DNA of 64,000 bases, from the NCBI GenBank assembly GCA_038245295.1, contig JBBRSP010000008.1, positions 64,001 through 128,000 of the forward strand, in the 5' to 3' direction. Below are positions 1 to 9,832 of the stretch, piece after piece (the first letter of the stretch is position 1; the number at the start of each line of letters is the position of its first letter). Source of the DNA: Candidatus Binatia bacterium. Its GTDB lineage: Bacteria; Desulfobacterota; Binatia; HRBIN30. The position numbers and the translations under genes are program-made. The notes beneath the pieces were generated by a model. That model saw only the letters and a list, made by a program, of their open reading frames with translations, was not told the DNA's origin and did no database searches.

Positions 1-91
1 TTCGATTCGCGAAGGCGATGCGTGGAATCTCGTCTCGTTCGTTCAATCCCTACGCACCGCGGCCGTGGCGAACGCCGGTTCGCAAAACTGA
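1..91 (+). CDS. 3' end of a probable c-type cytochrome (partial, runs off window start)
   Basis: Frame from position 2 reads SIREGDAWNLVSFVQSLRTAAVANAGSQN* (TGA 89-91). The D-x-W-x-LV-x-F-V-x-SL pattern resembles the C-terminal helix of class I cytochromes c. Lies immediately before ccoN. Confidence 0.6.
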   Translation, partial: SIREGDAWNLVSFVQSLRTAAVANAGSQN

Positions 92-103
92 GGAGGAAGA
101 GAC

Positions 104-1495
104 GTGGATGCTACTGCGGACGATCGTCCTTTCGTCAATCTGGATCTAGTACGCTGGCACCTCACCGCCAGCGCCTTCTTCATGCTGGTCTCGATTCTCG
201 GTGGACTGGCTTATGCAATGCAGTTCAACAACCTCTACCCATTCAGCGGCATCGAGTGGTTGTCGCCGGGTCGCGTCCGCATGGTGCACACCAACATGGC
301 CGCGTATGGCTTCATCGCCAACGCCTTCATGGCTGGTTTGCTGTTCGCCATTCCGCGTCTAACCAAGCAACCAATTCTCTCCGATAAACTGGGCTGGGTG
401 ATCTGGGGCGCGTGGAACCTGATCATGGTGCTGACCATCGGTGGCCAGCTCCTCGGTTACGGCCAGGGCATCGAATGGGGCGAGACGCCGATCTTCGTTG
501 ATCCACTCGTGCTCGTCGGTCTCGTTCTGCTGGTCGTCAACATGTCGGTGCCGATCTTTCGCAGCAAGGAGCCCGGGCTCTACGTGAGCCTATGGTACTT
601 CCTGGCCGCCTTCGGTTGGACCGGTCTCGTCTACTTCATGGGCAACTACTTGCCCCAGTTCTGGGTGCCGGGAGCCGCCGGCGCGGCGATTACCGGATTG
701 TTCATCCATGACCTGGTTGGACTCTTCATCACGCCGATCGGTTGGGGACTGATGTATTTCTTCGTGCCCATTCTGTTGCGTAAGCCGATCTGGAGTCATG
801 CCCTGTCGCTCATCGGCTTCTGGGGGCTGGCGTTCTTCTATCCGATGCAGGGCGTGCATCACTTCTTGTACAGTCCGATTCCGATGTACGCGCAGTATGG
901 CGCCGTGGTCGCGACGATCGCCGTTGAAATCGTCGTGTTCACCGTCATCGTCAATTTCTTCGGAACGTTGCACGGGCGCGCCGACGCGGTGCGCGGCAAC
1001 CTGGCGATTCGCTGGTTCTACACGGGCATGATCATGTACGCGATCACCTGCTTTCAGTGCGCCTTCCAGGTGACGCTGACGTTCCAGAAGGTCATCCACT
1101 TTACCGATTGGGTCGTCGGTCACGCCCATATGGTGATGTTCGGTGTGTTCGGCTTCTGGATCATGGGGTTCTTCATCGAGCTGTGGCCGCGCGCCGTGGG
1201 CCGGCCGTGGGCGAACCCGTCGCTGCTGACGGCGCACTATTGGTTTACGTTCATCGGCTTGATCGTCATGGTCATCGATCTCACCGCCGCCGGTCTGGTG
1301 CAGGGGTTCAGTTGGATGAGCCTCAGCCACTGGGGTGAGTCGGTGGTGGCCTCGATGCCATTCTGGTGGGCCCGGACCGTGGCCGGTGTGCTCATCGTCA
1401 TCGGCCAGAGCATCTTCCTCTATGCGTTGTGGATTACAGCACGAGCTCCGGCTCCCGTGCGACTGACCGACGCCGTGCGTGTGCAGGCCGCCTAG
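104..1495 (+). CDS. ccoN: cbb3-type cytochrome c oxidase subunit I (divergent)
   Basis: GRVRMVHTN, QGIEWGE, IHDLVG, FFYPMQGVHHFLY and FTDWVVGHAH give the heme/CuB histidines and helix VII Tyr. About 12 TM segments. GTG start after AGGAGG. Confidence 0.93.
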   Translation: MDATADDRPFVNLDLVRWHLTASAFFMLVSILGGLAYAMQFNNLYPFSGIEWLSPGRVRMVHTNMAAYGFIANAFMAGLLFAIPRLTKQPILSDKLGWVIWGAWNLIMVLTIGGQLLGYGQGIEWGETPIFVDPLVLVGLVLLVVNMSVPIFRSKEPGLYVSLWYFLAAFGWTGLVYFMGNYLPQFWVPGAAGAAITGLFIHDLVGLFITPIGWGLMYFFVPILLRKPIWSHALSLIGFWGLAFFYPMQGVHHFLYSPIPMYAQYGAVVATIAVEIVVFTVIVNFFGTLHGRADAVRGNLAIRWFYTGMIMYAITCFQCAFQVTLTFQKVIHFTDWVVGHAHMVMFGVFGFWIMGFFIELWPRAVGRPWANPSLLTAHYWFTFIGLIVMVIDLTAAGLVQGFSWMSLSHWGESVVASMPFWWARTVAGVLIVIGQSIFLYALWITARAPAPVRLTDAVRVQAA

Positions 1496-1507
1496 GAGGC
1501 ATGAATC

Positions 1508-2146
1508 ATGGAAAGATTTGGTGCTGGGTTCCTGATCGCGGCGGTTGTCACGTTCCTGCTCGGTTTCTTCCTCCAGGGCATCATGCCGGTGATGACGTTG
1601 GGTAACCTGCCGCTCAAAACCATCGAGGAGATCGCGCAGGATGTGCCGCCCGAGTTCTATCAGTTGGCCGAAGACTATCCGGTCGAGTTCAAGCGCTCTT
1701 TCGGCGAGGCGAATCCGCAGTCGTTCGCCAAGGCGCTGAGGATCGGCAAGGAGAACTATATCGCCGAGGCGTGTTGGCACTGCCACTCGCAGTTCGTGCG
1801 TCCGGTGGCGCGCGAGGATTTGCGTTTCGGGCCGGTGTCGACGCCGGATGAGTATCAGAACCTGATGAATCTGCCGCACCTGTTCGGCACGCGTCGGGTT
1901 GGCCCCGATCTCATTCGCGAATCGGGCAAGCATTCAAACGACTGGCACATCGCCCACCTCTACGAGCCGCGCAACGTCGCCCCCTATTCGGTGATGCCGT
2001 CGTATCCCTGGTTCTTTGATGAACAGAAACGACCGACCGAACGCGCTCTCGGCCTGGTCGCCTATCTGCAGTGGCTCGGCAGTTGGCAGACGGATACCGC
2101 ACCGCCGTCGATCTACAACGAAGCGCAGATGGAGAAATCAAAATGA
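1508..2146 (+). CDS. ccoO: cbb3-type cytochrome c oxidase subunit II (monoheme)
   Basis: N-terminal TM, CWHCHSQFVRP heme motif, GTRRVGPDL, SVMPSY. Confidence 0.93.
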   Translation: MERFGAGFLIAAVVTFLLGFFLQGIMPVMTLGNLPLKTIEEIAQDVPPEFYQLAEDYPVEFKRSFGEANPQSFAKALRIGKENYIAEACWHCHSQFVRPVAREDLRFGPVSTPDEYQNLMNLPHLFGTRRVGPDLIRESGKHSNDWHIAHLYEPRNVAPYSVMPSYPWFFDEQKRPTERALGLVAYLQWLGSWQTDTAPPSIYNEAQMEKSK

Positions 2147-2499
2147 ACAACGTTCGACCCGTGCGAGGTCTGGACCCGCGTGACTCGGCATTGTCGACGC
2201 CGGGACGGCGCTGGGCGGTATTTGGTTTCGCCGCCGCCGTGATCGGCATCGCCGGCGGCGGCTTCTGTCTGAAAATGATCGGCTTTGCGACAACGATCTA
2301 CAAGGACGAGACGCCCGGCTTTGGTCTGGTGGCGATGACGCTTTATTTGATCGGCCTCTTGCCGGTGGTCTTCCTCACCTTGTGGGCTCTGTTCTCCGGC
2401 AAGTTCCAGGATGTCGAGTTGCCGAAGTATCGCTTGCTCGAGCTGCACGAAGAGTTCGAACGCAACCCCGGAATGAGGAGGAGCCATGTCGAACGCTAA
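2143..2499 (+). CDS. CcoS/FixS-like cbb3 maturation protein with an extra N-terminal TM
   Basis: ATGA overlap with ccoO. C-terminal LWALFSGKFQDVELPKYRLL resembles the CcoS W-A-x-x-SGQFDD-x-E-x-P motif. Confidence 0.6.
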   Translation: MNNVRPVRGLDPRDSALSTPGRRWAVFGFAAAVIGIAGGGFCLKMIGFATTIYKDETPGFGLVAMTLYLIGLLPVVFLTLWALFSGKFQDVELPKYRLLELHEEFERNPGMRRSHVER

Positions 2500-2701
2500 A
2501 CACATGTTGCCGGCGCCAACGTCGCCCATTCTCGCCCCGCTCGGTGCTTCCGCCGCCGAGGCGTCGCGTCCCGATCAACTCCTCGAGGACGACAAGTATC
2601 ACGTCTACGAAGCCAACCCGGCCCCGTGGTGGGTCGGCCTCGTGTGGCTGTGTTTCTTCGTGTTCGGCGTGATCTATTTGAGCCTCAACCTGGGGTCGTA
2701 G
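2486..2701 (+). CDS. small membrane protein resembling the CcoP N-terminal anchor, no heme motif
   Basis: RBS GAGGAG. YEANPAPWWVGLVWLCFFVFGVIYL resembles the CcoP N-terminal NP-x-P-x-WW helix. Confidence 0.6.
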   Translation: MSNAKHMLPAPTSPILAPLGASAAEASRPDQLLEDDKYHVYEANPAPWWVGLVWLCFFVFGVIYLSLNLGS

Positions 2702-2830
2702 TCCAAGGGGAACGCGGGTACGTCGCCTCGGTGACTGCGATGAACCAGCCGTCCTGGCGAAGGCGGGGACCCAGTGTCGGAATCGAATCGCTGCGTGTTG
2801 CGTCGGTTCCATCACGGGGTTCCAGCTTTC

Positions 2831-2961
2831 GAGACTGTCGATTAACTGACAAACCCGGCTTCGACTGGCTCAGCCTGAGCGGTTGCTGCGTTGATCTTGC
2901 GGATATGTTTCCGCTCACCCTGAGCCCGTCGAAGGGTGAGCCTGCGTTTATCGACAGTCTC
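2831..2961. mobile_element. MITE (131 bp) with GAGACTGTCGAT...ATCGACAGTCTC terminal inverted repeats
   Basis: Perfect 12-bp TIR. Flanked by 4-bp direct repeat TTTC (2827-2830, 2962-2965). Internal imperfect palindrome CTTCGACTGGCTCAG...CTGAGCCCGTCGAAG. Confidence 0.75.
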
Positions 2962-2999
2962 TTTCGCGGGACTGACGGTGACGCCACCGGGCCCTCCTG

Positions 3000-5192
3000 A
3001 TGCGAGCTTGCGCCCACTGTAACCTGCCGATCACCCGTGCCGCTGTGGCCGTCACGATCGACGCGACTCTGCAAGAGTTCTGCTGCTACGGCTGTGCCCT
3101 GGCGATGCAGATCACGCGCGCCTCGGGTGAAGGCGGCACTGCGTCGCTGATCCTGGTGCGTCTCGGCCTGGCGGTGTTCTTCACCATGAATCTGATGATG
3201 GTGACGATGCCAACCTACGCGCCCTATGTGTACGGGCTCGATGGTCGGGCCGACGGGCCGATGTTCGATCTGCTGCGCTGGCTCGGCGCGGCGCTCTCGG
3301 CTCCGGTGATCATTCTGCTCGGCGGACCGATTGTGCTGAGCGTCCGCCTGCAGGCGGGTGGGCGATGGAACACCGACCTGCTCGTCGCTGTCGGCGCCGC
3401 GGCGGCGTACGCGTTGTCGTTCGTCAACCTGTGGTCGGGTGCCGGACCGGTCTATTTCGACACCGCGGCGATGCTGCTCGTCTTCCTGACACTTGGGCGT
3501 TACCTCGAGGCACGCGCCAAGGCCGACGCTGGGACGCTCATCGACAAACACATCAAACCGACCCCGGACCTGGCGCGGCGGCTGTTGCCATTCGGCGAGG
3601 AGCAAGTTGATCCGCAACAACTGCGGGTCGGCGATCTCGTGTTGGTTGGGCCGGGCACGGCTTTCCCAACCGACGGCGAAATCGGTCAGGGGTGTGGCGG
3701 AGTTGATGAGTCGCAGCTCACCGGTGAGTCCTCGCCTGTCTTGAAGCAAATCGGCGACGCGGTCGCCGGCGGCACCTGCAGCGTCGACGGCGCGTTCCAT
3801 GTGCGCGTGACGCGCATCCTCGCCGATAGTACCGCGGCGCAGATCAGTCGACTGTTCCAGCAAGCGCGTGGTGAACGTGCGCCGATCGAGCGTCTTGCCG
3901 ATCGCGTATCCGGATGGATGACACCCCTGGTGCTGTTGTTGGCGGCGGGCAGCGGCGTTTACTGGGGCGTCCATCGCGACGTGCAAACCGGCTTGCTCAA
4001 CGCCCTCGCTGTGCTGGTTGTCGCTTGTCCCTGCGGTCTCGGCATTGCTGTGCCGGTGGCCCTCTGGAGTGGTCTGGGGCAGGCATTGCGGCGCGGCATC
4101 CTGCTGCGCTCCGCCGATCGATTGGAGCGGTTGTCGCAGGTTCAGCGCATCTTCTTCGACAAGACCGGCACGCTCACCGAATCGCGCCTGACCCTGCAGC
4201 GAGTCGAGCCGCTGAGCCAGCGCTGTCCGTCGGTCGATGCCGTCCTGCAATCCATCGCCTCGCTCGAAGATTGCGTCAGCCATCCTATCGCACGCGCCTT
4301 GAAAGCCGCGGCGGCGGAGCGCCAACTGCCGCTGTTGCCGGTCGAGGATCTGGTTGTCGAAGCCGGACGTGGCGTCAGCGGCCGAGTCGACACCCAGTGG
4401 CTCTCGGTCGGACGCGACGACTCTGGTGATCGTTCCGAGGACGGTCCCGTCGTGCTTCTGCGCGATTCGATCGGCCCGTTGGCAAGACTATCTTTGACGG
4501 AGACGGTTCGTCTCGAGACACCAGAGGTCGTGCGCCAGCTACGCGCCCTTGGCCTGGACTTGGCTCTCATGACCGGCGACCGCCAGGCGCGCGGCTTGTG
4601 TCCGGGGCTTTTCTCCGTCGACGAAACCCACATGCGCCTGATGCCGCAAGACAAACTCGAAATCCTGCGCCGTAGCGGCTCGCTCGGCACCGCCATGGTT
4701 GGCGACGGTGTGAACGACGCGCCGGCTCTCGGTCAGGCGAGTGTCGGCATCGCCGTGCAGGGGGCCAGTGATCTGACGCGTCTGGCAGCCGATGTGGTTG
4801 TCCTCGGCGACGACCTGCGACGCATCCCGTGGGCCATCGAACACGCGCGCCGGGTGATGCGCGTCTGTCGTCAGAATCTCATCTGGGTCTTCGCCTACAA
4901 CAGCATCGCCGTGGCACTCGCCGTGCTTGGCTGGCTCAACCCAGTCGTCGCATCGCTGGCCATGTTGGCGAACAGTCTGGCTGTCGTTCTCAATGCCCGT
5001 CGCTTGGGTGGCGCGCCCCATACACTTGACTCTACGGCAGGAGTCGCAGTCCAGCCGTTGCACCCCCAGGGAGCGCTACTCGCCCTGAGACCCCGACCGC
5101 AGACAACGCCGGCTTGGCGGGTCCATGAACTGAGCGCCCCCTCTCCCACCTCGAGCGGAATCTCAAAGCGTGGGAGTGGACAGGATAAATAG
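3000..5192 (+). CDS. ccoI: P1B-type Cu-translocating ATPase, CcoI/FixI-like
   Basis: N-terminal CAHC...FCCYGC, TGES, CPC, DKTGT, SHP, GDGVNDAP, YN. Located in the cbb3 cluster. Confidence 0.88.
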   Translation: MRACAHCNLPITRAAVAVTIDATLQEFCCYGCALAMQITRASGEGGTASLILVRLGLAVFFTMNLMMVTMPTYAPYVYGLDGRADGPMFDLLRWLGAALSAPVIILLGGPIVLSVRLQAGGRWNTDLLVAVGAAAAYALSFVNLWSGAGPVYFDTAAMLLVFLTLGRYLEARAKADAGTLIDKHIKPTPDLARRLLPFGEEQVDPQQLRVGDLVLVGPGTAFPTDGEIGQGCGGVDESQLTGESSPVLKQIGDAVAGGTCSVDGAFHVRVTRILADSTAAQISRLFQQARGERAPIERLADRVSGWMTPLVLLLAAGSGVYWGVHRDVQTGLLNALAVLVVACPCGLGIAVPVALWSGLGQALRRGILLRSADRLERLSQVQRIFFDKTGTLTESRLTLQRVEPLSQRCPSVDAVLQSIASLEDCVSHPIARALKAAAAERQLPLLPVEDLVVEAGRGVSGRVDTQWLSVGRDDSGDRSEDGPVVLLRDSIGPLARLSLTETVRLETPEVVRQLRALGLDLALMTGDRQARGLCPGLFSVDETHMRLMPQDKLEILRRSGSLGTAMVGDGVNDAPALGQASVGIAVQGASDLTRLAADVVVLGDDLRRIPWAIEHARRVMRVCRQNLIWVFAYNSIAVALAVLGWLNPVVASLAMLANSLAVVLNARRLGGAPHTLDSTAGVAVQPLHPQGALLALRPRPQTTPAWRVHELSAPSPTSSGISKRGSGQDK

Positions 5193-5274
5193 GATGGAAC
5201 AGCGAACGCGCTCTTGTCGTGTTCATCCTGTATATCCTGTTAAATTGCGCGTCTTGCGACGAATTCGAACGTAA
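5179..5274 (+). repeat. ACAGGAT/ATCCTGT-rich palindromic interspersed repeat, copy 1
   Basis: Similar to 8250-8335 and, inverted, to 31158-31260. Shares the tail ATCCTGTTAAATTGCGCGTC..GCGACGAATT.GAACGTAA with the latter. Confidence 0.7.
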
Positions 5275-6077
5275 GTAGTAGTTCACGAAGAGAGAGAGTT
5301 GAACCCGGGATCTTCAGGCGGCTCAGCCCTTCGTGGTCTTCGTGCCCTTCGTGGTGAAATCTCTTCGGTGGCGACTGAACCAACGAGGCGGCCAGGGCAG
5401 ACGGCTGTAGTCGACGGCGAGCCGCTTGCTCCCTTTGATCGCCCTTGCTTCGAATGGAGCCTCGTGGAAATGCGCCGCCGCGCCTGAGCCGGGGCGATAG
5501 AGAGTGTTTCGCGCCCCCACGTGATGCGACTGCGCCAAAACTTTTGCTCCAGAGCCGATCCGCAACTTCGAGGTCGCGTAACCAAAGGTTCTGGCCCGGA
5601 AATCCTGGCCGACTTCCTCACGTTGAAGCCATCCGATGCGCGCGCGGCGATTGCGTTTGCGTCGGCGTCGGCGCCGCAGGCTTAGACTGCGGAGGGCGGT
5701 TGCGGATACGTCACCGTACCTGCGCCGAACAGTACTAAGCATCGAAATCGGTCCATTTTGACTGTCGATTTCAAAGAGTTCAGGATCTTGTATCGGTCCG
5801 ACCCCGACCAAGTGCCCCCTTCGCTGGGCACGCCGCTGATTGGACTCTGGGCAAGTCCAGACAATTAGAACGGTGGCACTTGCGCCCTCGGAAATGGGGG
5901 CATCCCCTGTTCAGCGCTTCGCGGAGATCAACAAGCCGTTCTCGCGAAGGCGGGGACCCAGGGGAGGCCCGGGATGCTTCCCGAAAACTGCCTGGTACCA
6001 ATCCCGGACTCAATCCTCACGATGATTCGCGTATCAACAACAACGGTGCTACCCGACGCAGCCGAGGAGGGATCACC

Positions 6078-7499
6078 GTGACGCAGCTCTGCGAACGCAC
6101 ACCGTGGACCCGGCGGCCAGGAAGGCTTGCGACGTCGATAGTGCTCGGCGCCGCCGTGCTCGGTTCCCTGTCGGCTCGGGGCTCCGCCTGCACAGGGAAT
6201 TGCGACGCAAGTTGCAGCGTGACCGTCGAAGAGATCATCTCCATGGTCAACATCGCCATTGGCACAGCGCCAATCGCGGCGTGCGCAGCCGGCGACGCAA
6301 ACGCTGATGGTGCAATCACGATCGAAGAGATCGTCGCCGCTGTGGGTGACGCGGTCGGCGGTGTGGCTTGTGAGTGTCAGACAAGGTGTGGCGATGGCCA
6401 GGTGAGCGGCACCGAGGAGTGCGACGACGGCGGCATTTGCATCGGGGGCGCCAACGCCGGGACTCACTGCACGCGCGAAGGAGACTGCTCGGGCAACGGG
6501 GTATGCACCGGCGGCGCCAAGCTCGGCACCTCTTGCGCCGCCGAGAGCGACTGCCCCGGCGCCGTCTGTCAGCGCTGCCGCCCGTTTGGTGGCGATAGCT
6601 GCGCCGCCAACTGCACGACAGAAGTGGAGATCCCGACGACGCTTGTACCGGGTGTCACAGCCGGACTCGGCATCAAGGACGGCACGTCGGGTGCAGTCAT
6701 CCATAGCGACGTTTTGACCACTGTACTGGAAATTGTGGGCTCACAAACGATCACCGCCGGTCATCCACGCAGCGACGACACAACGCTGGCTATCCCCTAC
6801 ATCATCAGAGCGGCCAGTGTGCTGATCCCGAAGATCGATCCGGGCTGCCTGTGCTGCGCTTGCGTGCGCGCGGTCGAGCTCAAGACGTGTGGAGGCACGC
6901 TGTTTGACGCCGACGGTGGTGCTACCGCAACGTGCACCGACAACTTCTTGCACCAGATGAATTGCGAGGCATTGGGCCTTCCGCCATGCACCGCGATCCA
7001 CGGCCCAGGGAACTCGGCCACGGGTTTAGTCAACTGTGGTAGCTCGGGTCTCGACGGGGTTGATGTTCAAGTCACCCAGGATGCTGAAGGCGAATCTGGC
7101 ATCGGTGGACCCGTCAAGATCAGCCTCAGTGGACATGGGCCGACGGGCTCGGCGCTTCTGCTCGATAGCACGGCCATCGGCATCCACGTCGGCAAGTGCG
7201 CACAAAACTATTGCGGCGCATCAGACCAACTCATTGAACGCGGTCAACCCGTGACGTCATTTTCAACAACGGGAACAGCCACGGGCATCGTGACCAATGC
7301 CAACGGACAAGACGGCGTCGACATCGTTAATCCCGTGACCGGCAGTCAGTATTTCGCGCAAGGCAGCCCGGCAAACTGCTCCGCTCTTCTTGCATCGCCG
7401 CCCAGCCTATCGGGCTACGCGACAGCCGGTGCATATCCCCTACTCGCCGCGCCGACGGTTGGCGACGTCGTCGTGACCTACAACTTAGTGACGCAATGA
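6078..7499 (+). CDS. secreted Cys-rich protein with N-terminal dockerin-like domain and a myxobacterial-type Cys-rich repeat
   Basis: GTG start after GAGGAGG. Signal peptide, then CTGNCD..VTVEEI..VNIAIG..GDANADGAITIEEIVAAV, then CGDGQVSGTEECDDG. Confidence 0.75.
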   Translation: MTQLCERTPWTRRPGRLATSIVLGAAVLGSLSARGSACTGNCDASCSVTVEEIISMVNIAIGTAPIAACAAGDANADGAITIEEIVAAVGDAVGGVACECQTRCGDGQVSGTEECDDGGICIGGANAGTHCTREGDCSGNGVCTGGAKLGTSCAAESDCPGAVCQRCRPFGGDSCAANCTTEVEIPTTLVPGVTAGLGIKDGTSGAVIHSDVLTTVLEIVGSQTITAGHPRSDDTTLAIPYIIRAASVLIPKIDPGCLCCACVRAVELKTCGGTLFDADGGATATCTDNFLHQMNCEALGLPPCTAIHGPGNSATGLVNCGSSGLDGVDVQVTQDAEGESGIGGPVKISLSGHGPTGSALLLDSTAIGIHVGKCAQNYCGASDQLIERGQPVTSFSTTGTATGIVTNANGQDGVDIVNPVTGSQYFAQGSPANCSALLASPPSLSGYATAGAYPLLAAPTVGDVVVTYNLVTQ

Positions 7500-7656
7500 G
7501 AGGCGCGACTTCGGAGTTTAGCGAACCCGACGCTCATTCAAGCGAAAGTTGCAGCGTTCGAGCGGCTACCGCTGGAGTCGAGTCGGAGGGCGCAGGGTGA
7601 AGTGGCGGCATGAATGACGCCCACCTCCGCCCGGCGATAGTCGCTGAGCGGTGCGT

Positions 7657-7833
7657 TCATCCAAGGCGCTGATCCCACAGCACAATCGCCGAGTCTTGTG
7701 GATGGGTGTCCAACAAGCGCACCCGCGACGCGGTGACCTTTCCAGCCGCGGCGAGCATGGCCCGCAGTGCCTCACCGCCCGCCTCGGCAAATAGCCATCG
7801 CAGGACAGCGCTCGTTTCTGCGTAGATCGTCAC
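7657..7833 (-). pseudogene. truncated PIN-domain (VapC-like) toxin, 58 aa
   Basis: GTG start overlaps the antitoxin stop. Reads MTIYAETSAVLRWLFAEAGGEALRAMLAAAGKVTASR, a PIN N-terminus, then stops early. Confidence 0.65.
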
Positions 7834-8120
7834 CGGTCGCCGCGTTCCGCCGCCAGCAGGTCTTTACTCCCGACGGCGCGACGCAGGGGTGAGGCACGAT
7901 AGGCACGCGGATCCTGTGGCAAGCCCATGACGAGAAGTCCGTCGGCACACAGTCGTTGCATGAGTTGGTCGTGAACGGTCAGCGGGGTGCCTGGGCTGGG
8001 CTGCCGCAACTCGGCAATCACCGAGCCGCGATCTGTCACCAGCACGACCTCGCCGCTTTTGACCTCCCGCAAGTAGCTGCTGAGGCGATTCTTGAGCTCT
8101 TTGACGGCTACTGCCTTCAT
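7830..8120 (-). CDS. Phd/YefM family antitoxin
   Basis: MKAVAVKELKNRLSSYLREVKSGEVVLVTDRGSVIAEL is a classic prevent-host-death N-terminus. Confidence 0.9.
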   Translation of the reverse strand: MKAVAVKELKNRLSSYLREVKSGEVVLVTDRGSVIAELRQPSPGTPLTVHDQLMQRLCADGLLVMGLPQDPRAYRASPLRRAVGSKDLLAAERGDR

Positions 8121-8249
8121 GGCACGCGAAGGTAGCCCCGTGTAGCTACAAGTGTCAACGGTGGCGCATGGGACAACTCCGCCACGCAGAGCGCGACGGC
8201 CACAACGCGGGCATTGCCCGCCACCCAACCCCACACCCGCAGAACGAAT

Positions 8250-8335
8250 TCAACAGGATGGGCAGGATAAGCAGGAGGGAACAGGGAAGGCGTTCTTGTC
8301 GTGTTCATCCTGTATATCCTGCCCATCCTGTTCAA
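8250..8335 (+). repeat. ACAGGAT palindromic repeat, copy 2
   Basis: AACAGGATGGGCAGGATA...TATCCTGCCCATCCTGTT inverted arms. Confidence 0.7.
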
Positions 8336-8374
8336 TGGCGCGTCTCCGCCCCGCGACAGTCACCCCTTCCGACG

Positions 8375-9832
8375 TCACGGACGGCCGCGCGGTGGTTCCG
8401 GACGCTGCATGTGCATGTGGTCCATGTCCGGCGGATGCGGCTTGTCGGGCAGATCGGGACGGCCTGGGTGATCCGGTGGCATCGGGCGATCCGGCGGGCG
8501 CGGCGCATCGGGGAGGTCTGGACGATCGGGAGCGTACGCGTGGTCGGGCCGTTCTGGAAGGATTGGCGGATTCGGTCGGTCCGGGTTGTCGATATGATCG
8601 ACGTGTTCCGGTTTGTCGGGGCCATGGTGATCTTGCTGGTCCGGCATTCCTGGGGGATGCCCGCCGTGATCATCAAGCGGGGGCGGTGCGGCGGTGTCGC
8701 TGCCATCGCCCTTCGGCGTGTCTGGATGCGAATGATCGCCACGGTCGTGCGGCCGGCCGGTGTCGGCGCCAGGCTTGGCTTCCTGGCCGCCGAGGGGTGG
8801 CGGTGCCGGCAGGTCGGGAGCCAGCGCGACGCGCTCCGCTACCAGGTGGTGATCGCGAATGATTGCTTCGACGTGCACCGGTCCGAGCGAACCTGCCTGC
8901 AGCGCACTCGACAGTTTGGTCGATGACTCGATGCGATACGCGCCGACCTGAACCGCGCCATTGGCGGCAGCTCCGGCGTAGCCTTCTATGTCGATGTGCT
9001 CGACGCGGCCGTCGAAGGGTAGGGCGGGCGCCACTTCGATCGAGCGGGCGACGAGCGCGGTACCATCCCAATGACCGGCAACACGTACCTCCGAACCAAC
9101 GCTCGCCTTTGGCGGCGTGTCGGTTCGTACGTGTATCCCACCAACTTCCGCGCTGCCGGCGGCCAGGCTGCTCAGTGGTCCGTTCAGCAGCGCCTCGTCC
9201 GCCGTGCCGCCGCGGCTGATGTGCGAGGCGATGACGACGCCATCCGGGCGCCGCAGGCCGCTGATACGCACCGATGCATTGAGCGGCAGCGACTGTATCG
9301 AGGCCGCTTCGCCGGAGTCCAGACGTGTGGTGGCGGACAAACTCACGGTTTGGCCGATGACATCGATCTCGTTGTGCACGACGTCGACGCGCGTGATTGG
9401 CCCACTGACTACGTGATGCAGACTGATGCTTGCCGCGTGGCGTTCCTCGCCGTCGCCGCGGGCGACGATTTCGACGACATGACCAATCGCCAGATCGCTC
9501 GCCGCAGCGGCTCTGCCATCGATGTGAACCGGCGTGTCGCCGTCGTAGTGGATTTCGATGTTGCCGACACAGATGCTGGCGAAGCCGGTGATCGTGCCGA
9601 TGACGCCACTTGTGATGGCGGCCTGGATGCCGGTGCCGCCGATACCGCCTTCGTCGTCCGGCCCATTGGCCGTGATGCCGGTGCCGCCAATGCCGCCCTC
9701 GTCGGGACGCGATTGGCCACCGTTGGCGCAGCGGTTCCCTGCCGCCGCCAGATGCGGCGCTGCGAGGAGAATCAGCGACAGGCCGTTGGCGACAATCAAC
9801 CCTGCGGCGCGCCGCATTCGTCTAACGATCAT
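8375..9832 (-). CDS. DUF5666-domain exported protein with Pro/Asp/His-rich tail
   Basis: Signal peptide, two EGGIGGTG motifs, GTITGFASICV, repeated OB-fold-like units, tail of PDRP/PDHP repeats ending MDHMHM. Confidence 0.8.
   Translation of the reverse strand: MIVRRMRRAAGLIVANGLSLILLAAPHLAAAGNRCANGGQSRPDEGGIGGTGITANGPDDEGGIGGTGIQAAITSGVIGTITGFASICVGNIEIHYDGDTPVHIDGRAAAASDLAIGHVVEIVARGDGEERHAASISLHHVVSGPITRVDVVHNEIDVIGQTVSLSATTRLDSGEAASIQSLPLNASVRISGLRRPDGVVIASHISRGGTADEALLNGPLSSLAAGSAEVGGIHVRTDTPPKASVGSEVRVAGHWDGTALVARSIEVAPALPFDGRVEHIDIEGYAGAAANGAVQVGAYRIESSTKLSSALQAGSLGPVHVEAIIRDHHLVAERVALAPDLPAPPPLGGQEAKPGADTGRPHDRGDHSHPDTPKGDGSDTAAPPPLDDHGGHPPGMPDQQDHHGPDKPEHVDHIDNPDRPNPPILPERPDHAYAPDRPDLPDAPRPPDRPMPPDHPGRPDLPDKPHPPDMDHMHMQRPEPPRGRP

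Noticed and set aside
5283..5880. ORFs of 60-160 aa between ccoI and the Cys-rich gene
   Set aside because: They overlap repeat elements, have Arg-rich non-protein-like composition, and show no RBS or motif.
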